A stretch of 64,000 nucleotides of DNA from Staphylococcus phage Machias. Location of the stretch: the sequence record MW349128.1. One strand, 5' to 3'. Below the pieces are notes generated by a model, which did not search any database, was not told the origin of the DNA, and worked only from the letters and a program-made list of their open reading frames with translations. Positions 37,204 to 46,866 of this stretch are shown here, one piece after another. Made by a program: the position numbers and the translations under genes. Numbering within the stretch: position 1 is the first letter of the stretch; every line of letters begins with the position of its first letter.

Positions 37204-39687
37204 ATGAAATGGAATTTGGCTGAAGAAAATAATAAAATAAATAATTCTTTTAATAATTTAGATAAAGACATTATTAAAAGTTTAGATCCTGAAGAAAATC
37301 CTAAAATACTAGGAAATAGTATTAACGATTTTAATAAAAGATTACCTAATATAAGAAGAAAAACTAGTCATAGAGATGAAAATGGTGGAGATTTATTATC
37401 TTTAGGTGCTAAAGTTACTGCCAAAGAAATGAGTAACAGTAGAAAGAATAAAACTGTATCTAAAGATGAGAGACAAAACTTTGTTAATGATTTTATTAAA
37501 GAGAATATAGATGATCAAGATTTTAGTACTGAAGTAGCTAGAATATCTAGATATGACGATTATCGTATTATAGATAAATTTATACCAGAAATTTCTGCTA
37601 GTATAGATGTATTCTCAACTTCAATTATAGCTCCTGATGATACTAGTAAGTTATCATTAATGTATAGATATAAATCTGACATTAATGAAAATAATGAAGA
37701 GAATAGAAAAGTTAAAAGAGAATTAGATCGTATTGTAGAAAAATACGATTTAAATAAATTAATATATCCTTCAGTAAGAGAAGGACTAATGTTAGGTGAT
37801 CTTTTCTATATTATTAAAGATACTAGAAAAGATTTTGAAGAAATACTTACTGAGAACGATGATGTTTTAGGTAGAGAAAGTTCTTCTGTTGATGATGCTA
37901 AAGTTATTAATGAATCATTTTTAGATGAAGAAATTAATAATGAAGACTTGGATATTTTGCTTAAGGAATTAAATAATCATATTGATGAAGGATCAATATA
38001 TAAAGATGAAAAGAATGTTAAATTACAAAAAGAAAATTTTAAAAATGAGATTCTTAAGAGTATTAATGAAAATGTAGAATTCTTTAAAAATTCTTCTGAA
38101 TTGCTTTCTGATGTTGGTAAATATAAAGGATCAAATGACCTTCAATCTTTCTTAGATAAAGCTCAAGGAAGTAACAGAGATAAAAAGATTAAAAGTGGAA
38201 CTACATACTTCCGTAATGTAAATCCTGAAGATATGATTAAATTAGAAGTTGATGGTTTATGTATTGGTTATCTTTATATTGAACCTGATTCTGGTACTGA
38301 TATTAGAGGAGGAGCAAATCCTTTATTAAGTGCTATGAACGGTATTATGGGAGATGGATATCAAAAACAATCCCAAATGGGTTCTATGCCAAATGGAATG
38401 GGAATAACTAATTTAGATCCTGTTACAGGTAATTCAGCTACAGGAGGAACAACTACTAATTCTAAAAATCCAAATGCTGGAATGAATGCTACATCAGGTT
38501 CTTACTTTGAAAATGGTAATACATTGATGGCTTATCAAGGTCTTGTAGACGTAATGGTTAAAGGTATCGCTCAAAAAATCGATATGGATTTTGTAAATAA
38601 AAATGATTCTTTTAAAGATGTTATATATCGTTTAATACGTAAAAATTATATTATTGAAAATGGTATTAAATTGACATACTTAGAACCTGAAGAAGTTGTA
38701 CATCATAAACTTGATAGTCAAAAGACATATGGAGTTTCAAGATTATATAAATCATTATTCTTTGCTAAATTATATTTAAGTACATTAATTACTACTATGA
38801 TGGTTAAAATAAATCAGTCAAGAGACAGACGTGTATTTAGAGTTAAATCTGGATTAGATGATGATTATGAAGGTACTGTAGAAGAAGTTATCCGTAATGT
38901 AAGATCTAGTGAAATGTCTTCTGGTATGTTTGGAGATGGAACATCAGTTCAAACAATGTTTAACCAAGTAGGTAATTTAGAGAACATGTACATTCCTGAG
39001 AATAAAGATGGTAATACACCTTTAGAAATAGATACCATTTCAGGTATTCAAATTGATATTAATGATGAATTCTTAGAATGGCTTAAGAAATCCGTTATTT
39101 CAGGTACAGGAGTACCTTTAAATTATATTGATTCTGAAGCTGAAACTGATTATGCAAGATCATTAGCAATGCAAAATAATGGATTTGTAAGAAAAGTAGT
39201 TAACTATCAAAATTCATTTGGAGATTTCTTTACTAAAGTATTAAGACGTTTATATTATTTAGAAAATAAAGAAACTAATAATGACAAAGATTATGAAGAA
39301 CTATTAGGAACTGTATCAGAAATAGAAGCATATTTCCCACCACCAGTATTTTTAAATTTAGGTAATTTAAATGAAGAAGTTGGTGCAGTAACACAAATGT
39401 TAGATTTCTTAGTTCCTTTATATACTCCAGAAACTGAAGACGAGACTGAAAATGATAAACTTAAGAGATTATTTAGGAAAGAATTAGTAACACAAGAATT
39501 TATGTCTAATTTATCTTATGATAGATTTGAAAATATTATTGAAAATGTTAAAAAAGATATAGAAAAAGATAATAAAGAAGATGAATTATCGAAAAAATCT
39601 GGCGATGATTCATTTGGTTCTGATGACAATGCAGGCGATGATTCATTTGGTTCTGATGATAATTCAGATGATAATAGTGATTTTTAA
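37204..39687 (+). CDS. large hypothetical protein (827 aa) with G/N/T-rich low-complexity core and C-terminal GDDSFGSDDN tandem repeat
   Basis: RBS aaaggagatg; repeated GDDSFGSDDN x2 at the C-terminus. Confidence 0.55.
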   Translation: MKWNLAEENNKINNSFNNLDKDIIKSLDPEENPKILGNSINDFNKRLPNIRRKTSHRDENGGDLLSLGAKVTAKEMSNSRKNKTVSKDERQNFVNDFIKENIDDQDFSTEVARISRYDDYRIIDKFIPEISASIDVFSTSIIAPDDTSKLSLMYRYKSDINENNEENRKVKRELDRIVEKYDLNKLIYPSVREGLMLGDLFYIIKDTRKDFEEILTENDDVLGRESSSVDDAKVINESFLDEEINNEDLDILLKELNNHIDEGSIYKDEKNVKLQKENFKNEILKSINENVEFFKNSSELLSDVGKYKGSNDLQSFLDKAQGSNRDKKIKSGTTYFRNVNPEDMIKLEVDGLCIGYLYIEPDSGTDIRGGANPLLSAMNGIMGDGYQKQSQMGSMPNGMGITNLDPVTGNSATGGTTTNSKNPNAGMNATSGSYFENGNTLMAYQGLVDVMVKGIAQKIDMDFVNKNDSFKDVIYRLIRKNYIIENGIKLTYLEPEEVVHHKLDSQKTYGVSRLYKSLFFAKLYLSTLITTMMVKINQSRDRRVFRVKSGLDDDYEGTVEEVIRNVRSSEMSSGMFGDGTSVQTMFNQVGNLENMYIPENKDGNTPLEIDTISGIQIDINDEFLEWLKKSVISGTGVPLNYIDSEAETDYARSLAMQNNGFVRKVVNYQNSFGDFFTKVLRRLYYLENKETNNDKDYEELLGTVSEIEAYFPPPVFLNLGNLNEEVGAVTQMLDFLVPLYTPETEDETENDKLKRLFRKELVTQEFMSNLSYDRFENIIENVKKDIEKDNKEDELSKKSGDDSFGSDDNAGDDSFGSDDNSDDNSDF

Positions 39688-39731
39688 GATATAAAAATAA
39701 TTGAATAATGGTTTATTACAAATCATTATTC

Positions 39732-39749
39732 AATTATATATTATAAACA
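39732..39749 (+). promoter_or_regulatory. promoter-like motif AATTATATATTATAAACA
   Basis: close match to the consensus, 45 nt upstream of the beta-prime C-half gene. Confidence 0.4.
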
Positions 39750-39793
39750 TGTAACAATATTTGATTTATTTATACTTAAGGAGAGATTAGGAT

Positions 39794-41710
39794 ATGAGTG
39801 AAGAAAAGTTAGTTTTGGATTTAAAATTGGGTAAATATAATAATTATTTACATTCAGATAATTATTATGAAATAATAGAAGAATTAAAGCAGGATATTAT
39901 TAATAACCCTAAAGATAGAATGAATGACTATTTTGAAGATAATATTTCTAAAAGTAATTATTTAACATTATTAATTTTAGGAAAACCTTTTAGAGAAATG
40001 AATAAGAAATTTACAGAAGAGTATTTAGTTAATCCAACTAATATTAATGAATACTATGATTATTTTGATAAAATTGTAGTGAACTTTATTAAAGAAGGAC
40101 ATGATCCTATTAAAATCAGTCAATCAATAGCTTATATCATTGATGAACTTACTATATTCTCAAATGAATATATTCTTCCTGTAGATGGACCTTCTATATC
40201 TTTATATGATATTATGAGATTAGCTAATGAAGATAAAGAAATTGAAAGATTAATTAATTTTGATAATGATGATATTGATCCTAATTTAACTTATCAACAA
40301 ATTATTAATGAAGTTCAAAAACCTAATATGGATAATCTTATTAAACATATTAAGATGGATAAAGAAAATGATTATAAAACTTTCTTAGAGTCAGGAACAG
40401 GTATAAATAAAATACAATTGAATGAGGTATTAAGTTTTGTAGGATTTAAACCTGATATTCGTGGAGATGTTGTTACTGATATTATTGATACTTCATTTAT
40501 GCGTGGATTAAAGAATACAACTCAATTTGCTATTGATGCAGAATCTTCTTTAAATGCATTAATGAACTCTAAGAATAAAGTTAGAGAATCAGGATACTTA
40601 AACCGTAAGATTACATTATTAACTTCAGATTTAAAACTATCAGATAATCATGATTGTGGTAGTAAGCATTTACTTTACTTTAATGTAGATAGTCAAGAAA
40701 AACTAGATCGTATTAATGATAGATATTATTATGATGATAACGATCAAGAATTTAAATTAATTGATAGTAGAAATGATGTTCATTTAATAGGGCAAATTGT
40801 ACCATTAAGATCTCCTATAACATGTGCTGAACCAAATGGTAAAATATGTCAAATGTGTTATGGAAGAAGACTATATGATATTAATAGAAATTTAGCAGTA
40901 GGTATCATAGCTACATTACAGTTAACAGAACCTATGACACAGAAATTACTTTCAACAAAGCATCTTCAAGCTGTTCAACTTTCTGAATTCTCATGGTCAG
41001 ATATATTTAATGAACACTTTGAATTCTCTGGTGATAATATTATTCCTCGTGATGAGAAAACTAAAGTTATTATAGATGATATGATTATTAATGAAGATAT
41101 TGATTATGGAAAATATAAAGCTAAATCATTTAAATTTAAAATAGGTACTAAAGTACATGAAGTTAAATCACCTGTTATTCTTAGAATACCGGATCAGAAA
41201 TTTGATTCAATTGAAAAATTCTACAATGAAGATGAAAATGCTTATGTATTTAATATGAAAGATTTAGGAGAGAATTTCTTATTTAATATTAAAATTAAAA
41301 ATGAAGGTGTCGCAGATCCACTTCTAAAAATTCGTTCTATATTAGAAAGAAGTAATTTTATTAAGAATGATTATGAAGAAAAAGATTATCAAAGAATGTT
41401 TAATGATGTAATGGATCTATTATTAAAATCAGGTACAGATGTTATGTCAGTTCATGTTGAGACTATTATTCGTAATATGGTATTCTTAAATGATACTATA
41501 TATAAAGATAGAGTGAAATATAAAGATCCTGACTTTAATCCTAAAATTACTTTACGTAATGTAGGTAACTCTATATTAAATTCACCTTCACCAGTACATT
41601 CATTGATATTTGAAAATGTTCGTGCTCAGCTTACTACAGATGAAACTAATGGATTCTTCAGTAAAGATGATGAATCTATGTTCGATCCGTTATTTGATTT
41701 TGATATTTAA
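39794..41710 (+). CDS. multisubunit RNA polymerase beta-prime-like subunit, C-terminal half (bridge-helix / trigger-loop region)
   Basis: [27 protein letters not shown] ~ E. coli [52 protein letters not shown] ~ [46 protein letters not shown]...[22 protein letters not shown] ~ [21 protein letters not shown]...[21 protein letters not shown]. Confidence 0.75.
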   Translation: [638 protein letters not shown]

Positions 41711-41721
41711 TAATTGATTTA

Positions 41722-41751
41722 ACCAAACTCTAATTAACTTTAGAGTTTGGT
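41722..41751. terminator. terminator hairpin (ACCAAACTCTA / ATTAACTT / TAGAGTTTGGT)
   Basis: 11-bp stem after the beta-prime C-half stop; loop of the ATTAAYTT family; followed by a TATATTATATAAAAA promoter-like element at 41751..41765. Confidence 0.65.
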
Positions 41752-41786
41752 ATATTATATAAAAATTACTAAGGAGGAATTTAAGT

Positions 41787-42080
41787 ATGATTAATGAAGA
41801 AAATATTTTTAATGATAATTTATTAGAGAAGTTTCATTATGATAAAGATGAATTACTAAAGGTGATATTTAAAAATTGTGATGTGGTATTTGACAATATT
41901 AATGACGATGGTGAACGAAATATATATTTAATTTCTGATGCTGATATTAATGATAAATATGTACTTTCATTCTTATTAACTAAAGATGATATACCTGTAT
42001 CTTCACATAGTTTTTCTATTGAAGATATTTATGAGTTTGAAGATTTAAATAAAAAGATAATTAGAGAAATTAATTCGTAA
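41787..42080 (+). CDS. hypothetical protein (97 aa)
   Basis: RBS taaggagg. Confidence 0.5.
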   Translation: MINEENIFNDNLLEKFHYDKDELLKVIFKNCDVVFDNINDDGERNIYLISDADINDKYVLSFLLTKDDIPVSSHSFSIEDIYEFEDLNKKIIREINS

Positions 42081-42149
42081 AAAATTAAAAATTTATAATA
42101 ACTGATAGATATAAAATTTTAAAATTATATAGAATGGAGAATTTTCAAT

Positions 42150-42608
42150 ATGCTGAAAGTTACTAAATTAAAAGAATTAGAATACCCTAAAGAAGTTACA
42201 ATTGAGTTAAATACAGAAGATAAATACTTAAAAGAGATTAAAGATGCTTTTTTCAATTCAGAAAAAGGTACTTTTTCTATTACTAAATTAATTAATGAAA
42301 ATGTTGAAGATTATTTAAAATACTCAAAAGATGGTATTACATCTAAAGATATTTATAAATTAAATATTATTGTAGATAAAGAAGAAGATCAACAGATTAC
42401 TTTAATTAAAGCTGAAGAAAATAATCAATTCAAAGAAGGTTTATTCTATGTTGTTTCTGATATTTTATTCGGTCCTATGCCTGTATATGTTAATTTAGAA
42501 GATGAAAATGCTACATTTGATCTTTCAGGAATGTTTAAAGCTGATGGACCTGATATCTTTGAAACAATTAGCAACGTATTTTCTTCTACAATTGAAATTA
42601 ATAAATAA
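42150..42608 (+). CDS. hypothetical protein (152 aa)
   Basis: RBS atggagaat. Confidence 0.5.
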   Translation: MLKVTKLKELEYPKEVTIELNTEDKYLKEIKDAFFNSEKGTFSITKLINENVEDYLKYSKDGITSKDIYKLNIIVDKEEDQQITLIKAEENNQFKEGLFYVVSDILFGPMPVYVNLEDENATFDLSGMFKADGPDIFETISNVFSSTIEINK

Positions 42609-42616
42609 GAAAGTAG

Positions 42617-44173
42617 TTGAAAATTATGGTAGTTTTAAATAAAACAAGAAAAATAAAAGTGTCGGTTTATCCGACACGAATTCTTGTTGAAAATTATGAA
42701 CTAGGATATTGTTCAGCAATAGAGAAATATCTATCTGTATGGGATAAAATATACTTTAAACATACGTATAAAGCTTTCGTATATAATGAAGAAGAGAAAA
42801 CTATATCGTTTCCTGCTGGAATAAATATGAAGATACTAATTCAGTCATTACAAAATCATGGAGAAGTAGATTTTCAAGATTTTAGAAAAGTAGACAATTT
42901 ATATTTTAAACCTAAAAAGAATTATGATGTAGAAATGAATTTTAAACCAAGAGATTTATTACAAAAGAAATCTATTGAATTCTTAAACGCTTTTAGTATA
43001 TATGAAGCTTCAACTCAGAAATTTTTATCACTTAAAACTGGTGAAGGTAAAACTTTTTGTGCTTTAAAAAGTGTTATTGATCGTCAGTTAGTTCCTATGA
43101 TATTTGTCAATAATAATAAACTTAAAGAACAATGGTTTGATAAGATTAAAGAATATACCAATATTGATGATGAAAGAATATATATTATTCAAGGTAAATC
43201 AAGTATTAATAAATTATTTAAAATGAAGTCTGATGAACGTAATAAAATAGATTTCTATATAGTTATGTATAAGACATTAAATTCATTTATAGAAGACGAC
43301 ATTGAAAAACTACAAGAACTAATATTTAAAACTAAAGTATCTATTAAGATATTTGATGAAGCACATTTAGACTTTAGAAGTTTAACAAATATAGATATAC
43401 AAACAGATTTACCGTCTATATATCTCTCTGCAACTCCTGAAAGATCTGATAAATCAGAGAACTTTGTATTTAATAATATATTCTTAAATGTTCCTATATT
43501 TAGATCTGACAATTATGATAAACAAATAGCTTCTAATAGAAAGATACCATCTAAATATCATGATGTGTTCATTATACGCTACAATAGTGAACCTAGTGAA
43601 ACAGAGCTAGCAGATTTTGTTTCAGCATCAAGAAGAAATGGTCTTAATGTAAATCATTACAGTAAATATCTTATAGATAAAGATGAGAGAAAAGATAAAT
43701 ATTTTGATATGATATTTAATATCATTAATGAAGTTATTATGAAAAAAGAAATAAGAAAAACTGTCGTTATGTTTAAATTGAAAAATATGATAGATGAGTT
43801 TTATTACTATTTAGAAGAAAAATTAGGTAAAGAAGGATTAGAATTTCTAAACTGTATTCGCTACTATGATGGAATTGATAAAGAAGAAAAATCTAAAGTA
43901 TTAGAATCTAATCTAATAATTACTACAGATTTATCTTTAGGAACAGGTATAGACATACCTGATCTCAAAGCTGTCATTAATACAGTTCCATTATCTTCTG
44001 AAAGTAAAGTTATACAGATAATGGGAAGATTACGCTATATTGAAAATGAAAAATTGATGTATTTTGATTTTGTCGATCATGGTTTTAAAAAACTAGTAAC
44101 GCAAGCTAATAATAGATTAAAAAATGTATTTAAGAAAAAAGCTTTAAACGTTACTGATTTTAAGTTAAAATAA
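42617..44173 (+). CDS. superfamily-2 DEAH-box helicase
   Basis: motif I LKTGEGKTF, motif II IFDEAHLDF, motif VI QIMGRLRY. Confidence 0.65.
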   Translation: MKIMVVLNKTRKIKVSVYPTRILVENYELGYCSAIEKYLSVWDKIYFKHTYKAFVYNEEEKTISFPAGINMKILIQSLQNHGEVDFQDFRKVDNLYFKPKKNYDVEMNFKPRDLLQKKSIEFLNAFSIYEASTQKFLSLKTGEGKTFCALKSVIDRQLVPMIFVNNNKLKEQWFDKIKEYTNIDDERIYIIQGKSSINKLFKMKSDERNKIDFYIVMYKTLNSFIEDDIEKLQELIFKTKVSIKIFDEAHLDFRSLTNIDIQTDLPSIYLSATPERSDKSENFVFNNIFLNVPIFRSDNYDKQIASNRKIPSKYHDVFIIRYNSEPSETELADFVSASRRNGLNVNHYSKYLIDKDERKDKYFDMIFNIINEVIMKKEIRKTVVMFKLKNMIDEFYYYLEEKLGKEGLEFLNCIRYYDGIDKEEKSKVLESNLIITTDLSLGTGIDIPDLKAVINTVPLSSESKVIQIMGRLRYIENEKLMYFDFVDHGFKKLVTQANNRLKNVFKKKALNVTDFKLK

Positions 44174-44193
44174 AGAAAGGTAGTTGAGGTATT

Positions 44194-44907
44194 GTGACAC
44201 GTATATCTCGTAAAGAGGCAATTGATAATTATCAATACCTCAACGAATTATTTATAAATGTAAGAAGAGATATTAATAAATTTCTATCAGATGAGATATT
44301 TAAAATTAATCATACTAGTTTTAAATCATCTATTATTAAAAATATTAAATCTAATTTTGATATAGTTGAAAATAAGAATAATATATCCCTTTTAATCTTA
44401 AACAAATTTATTGAATTTGATATTTACGAAGGTATTATATTCTTATATGACTTAGAAGAGAATATTGAATTTTTAAAAGAATCAATTAATAATCAAATAA
44501 ATATATTAGAAAATAAAATAGACACTAGAAAAAATACTATCGAAATTATGAATAGAAATAATAAAAAATATAATAGAGAATTAGAAGATAAGAATAATGA
44601 ATTAATTGAAAAAATTAAACTAGGTTCTTTATCTAATGCATTATTAAATCTAGTAGGTATGGATAATTCATTTAAAATTAAAAAAGAAATAAATGAATTA
44701 AAAGAGAGAATCTATAGTAATGAAGAGTTATTAGATAAGAATAATAAAGAATTAAACTCACTTCAAAAAGAAAAAGATACAATTAGTAAATATGACTTCA
44801 GATTTGCTAATAAAGATTTCATTATCAATAAGATAAATGGTTTCTTACAGTATTTTAGAAATGAATATGGTTTTGAATTTTACATTAAATATGAAGGTAG
44901 GTTATAA
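44194..44907 (+). CDS. hypothetical coiled-coil protein (237 aa)
   Basis: ORF with RBS aaaggtagttgagg; GTG start. Confidence 0.5.
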   Translation: MTRISRKEAIDNYQYLNELFINVRRDINKFLSDEIFKINHTSFKSSIIKNIKSNFDIVENKNNISLLILNKFIEFDIYEGIIFLYDLEENIEFLKESINNQINILENKIDTRKNTIEIMNRNNKKYNRELEDKNNELIEKIKLGSLSNALLNLVGMDNSFKIKKEINELKERIYSNEELLDKNNKELNSLQKEKDTISKYDFRFANKDFIINKINGFLQYFRNEYGFEFYIKYEGRL

Positions 44908-44909
44908 GA

Positions 44910-45515
44910 TTGATAGAATTTGAAGAAAAATTGCCAGCGTTAAATATAATAGTTTCTGCAGTAACTACTTCACCTAAAACTAATACTGAATTTATCAATA
45001 TGACATTTATGGTAGATAGTCCTAAATTTAAAGACTTGTATTTAGAATTCTCAGATATAGATCTAAATGAAGTATTTAAAAATGAAATGCTTAAGGATGC
45101 ATATGAAAAAGGTCAATTGTCTGAATATACTAAGATTGATAAAACGTTAGATGATTATAACTTGAGATTAATTAAAGATGATACAGTTATTCAAGTTCAA
45201 CGTATTAGAGATTATTTTGAAGGTCTTTCTGAATATGCAGATAAATTAGTTTTCTGGATAGATGAAATAACTTTATGGAGTCAATTAATTGAATTGGTAT
45301 ACGGTGGATCTTCAGATAACACTTATGAATTTCCTTCATATATTGATTTCCAACCTATTGATGTGAAATCAGTAGTAAGAATGTCTAGTATTAAAGATGG
45401 TGATTATTCTTATGCAGAAGAATTAATGGGAACAAATGAATCTATGACTGATTCCTCATTATCAATTGCATCATTATTATTGTCATTCATTAAGAAAGCA
45501 AAAATTTTAGATTAA
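44910..45515 (+). CDS. hypothetical protein (201 aa)
   Basis: translationally coupled ORF (TTG start). Confidence 0.5.
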   Translation: MIEFEEKLPALNIIVSAVTTSPKTNTEFINMTFMVDSPKFKDLYLEFSDIDLNEVFKNEMLKDAYEKGQLSEYTKIDKTLDDYNLRLIKDDTVIQVQRIRDYFEGLSEYADKLVFWIDEITLWSQLIELVYGGSSDNTYEFPSYIDFQPIDVKSVVRMSSIKDGDYSYAEELMGTNESMTDSSLSIASLLLSFIKKAKILD

Positions 45516-45520
45516 AAATT

Positions 45521-45540
45521 TAAATATATATTATATAAAA
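45521..45540 (+). promoter_or_regulatory. promoter-like motif TAAATATATATTATATAAAA
   Basis: consensus copy 40 nt upstream of gene 45581. Confidence 0.45.
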
Positions 45541-45580
45541 GTAGTAATACAAAAATTATTTTATTAGGAGAGATTTTATT

Positions 45581-46786
45581 ATGTTAACAAATTTCAAAGA
45601 CCATCTATACCGAGGACAAAATGTTTCAGTTTCAATTTACACACTATTTGCTAGAAAGAATAAAAACACTGGTAATGCTATTAATGGTGAATATATCAAT
45701 ACTTATAAATCAAGTCAATATAACAATATTCCATTTTTAAGTGAAATTGAAAATAACGGTAATCATTATATTTCATTCTCTTACAGTAAATTTCAACAAG
45801 GTCAAGCACCTATCTCAGAGGATGTATTAATTAGTTATCCACATTTACAAGAATTTAATAATTTCTTAAAAGCTACTTACAAGAGTATTGGTGAAAACTT
45901 TAATAGTATTTTCCAAAATAATCAAGTAACTGCTGAGTATCAAAATCATATTTGGCAATCACCTAGTTTAGTTTCAGGTAAAGGTATTGCTTTCGCTCCA
46001 ACTACAATTGTTAATAAACGTACTAATTCAACTGAAATTGGTTTTGCTATTATTGTAAATGATAATAATAAATATGATTTCATTTCAGCAAATGCTTTTA
46101 TTAGTTTAGTTAATTTATTAGTTAGAATTACTAATGATCCTTTAACATTTAGAAATCAATGTGTACAAGCTGAAATGCAAGCTAAAGAAATTGAGAATAA
46201 TCAATTACTTAAAGGATTATTAAGAGCACAAGGTTTACCAACTGATATGTCTAATCACCATATGGATGAGAAAGCTTCATACAATAATGCTCCAAGACAA
46301 CAAAATAACTCAGGTGGATTTAATCAACAAAATAATGGTTTTGGAAATTTCGGTAACAATAATGGAGGATTCAATCAACAACAGAATAATGCTCCTCAAC
46401 AATCAAATAACCAATTTGGTAATTTTAATCAACCTCAACAACAGCAACAATCAAATCCAAATCCTTTCGGTAATGTAAATAATACACCACAAAATCAACA
46501 ACAAAGTACTCCGGAAAATCCTTTTGGTGCAGTGGATAATATTTCTGATGACGATTTACCTTTTGCTGATAAAACAGAAACTAACAATCAACAAGATGAT
46601 AGACAAATTGATAAATCTACAATGTTTAAAGATGCAGATGTTAATAAAGAATCTGGATCTATGGAAGACTTATCAAATAATGTAAATGAAGAAAATGGTG
46701 AAGATCAAGGTAGATCACAATCATTATTAGATAAATTTACAAGTAAAAGTAAAGAATTAGATAAAGATGACGATTTAGGAATTTAA
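45581..46786 (+). CDS. SSB-like protein? N-terminal globular domain plus Q/N/G-rich FG-type disordered region plus DDDLPF acidic motif, with a further acidic C-terminal extension
   Basis: GFNQQNNGFGNFGNNNGGFNQQQNN...PFGNV...PFGAVDNISDDDLPF resembles a bacterial SSB disordered linker and acidic tip, but the tip is internal. Confidence 0.35.
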   Translation: MLTNFKDHLYRGQNVSVSIYTLFARKNKNTGNAINGEYINTYKSSQYNNIPFLSEIENNGNHYISFSYSKFQQGQAPISEDVLISYPHLQEFNNFLKATYKSIGENFNSIFQNNQVTAEYQNHIWQSPSLVSGKGIAFAPTTIVNKRTNSTEIGFAIIVNDNNKYDFISANAFISLVNLLVRITNDPLTFRNQCVQAEMQAKEIENNQLLKGLLRAQGLPTDMSNHHMDEKASYNNAPRQQNNSGGFNQQNNGFGNFGNNNGGFNQQQNNAPQQSNNQFGNFNQPQQQQQSNPNPFGNVNNTPQNQQQSTPENPFGAVDNISDDDLPFADKTETNNQQDDRQIDKSTMFKDADVNKESGSMEDLSNNVNEENGEDQGRSQSLLDKFTSKSKELDKDDDLGI

Positions 46787-46793
46787 TAAATAA

Positions 46794-46824
46794 GGTATAA
46801 TGTGATTAATTTCACATTATACCA
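46794..46824. terminator. terminator hairpin (AGGTATAATGTGA / TTAATTT / CACATTATACC)
   Basis: 11-bp stem with TTAATTT loop after the stop at 46786. Confidence 0.65.
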
Positions 46825-46866
46825 ATATTATATTTATTTTTTATATACTGTAAGGAGATTATGTAA

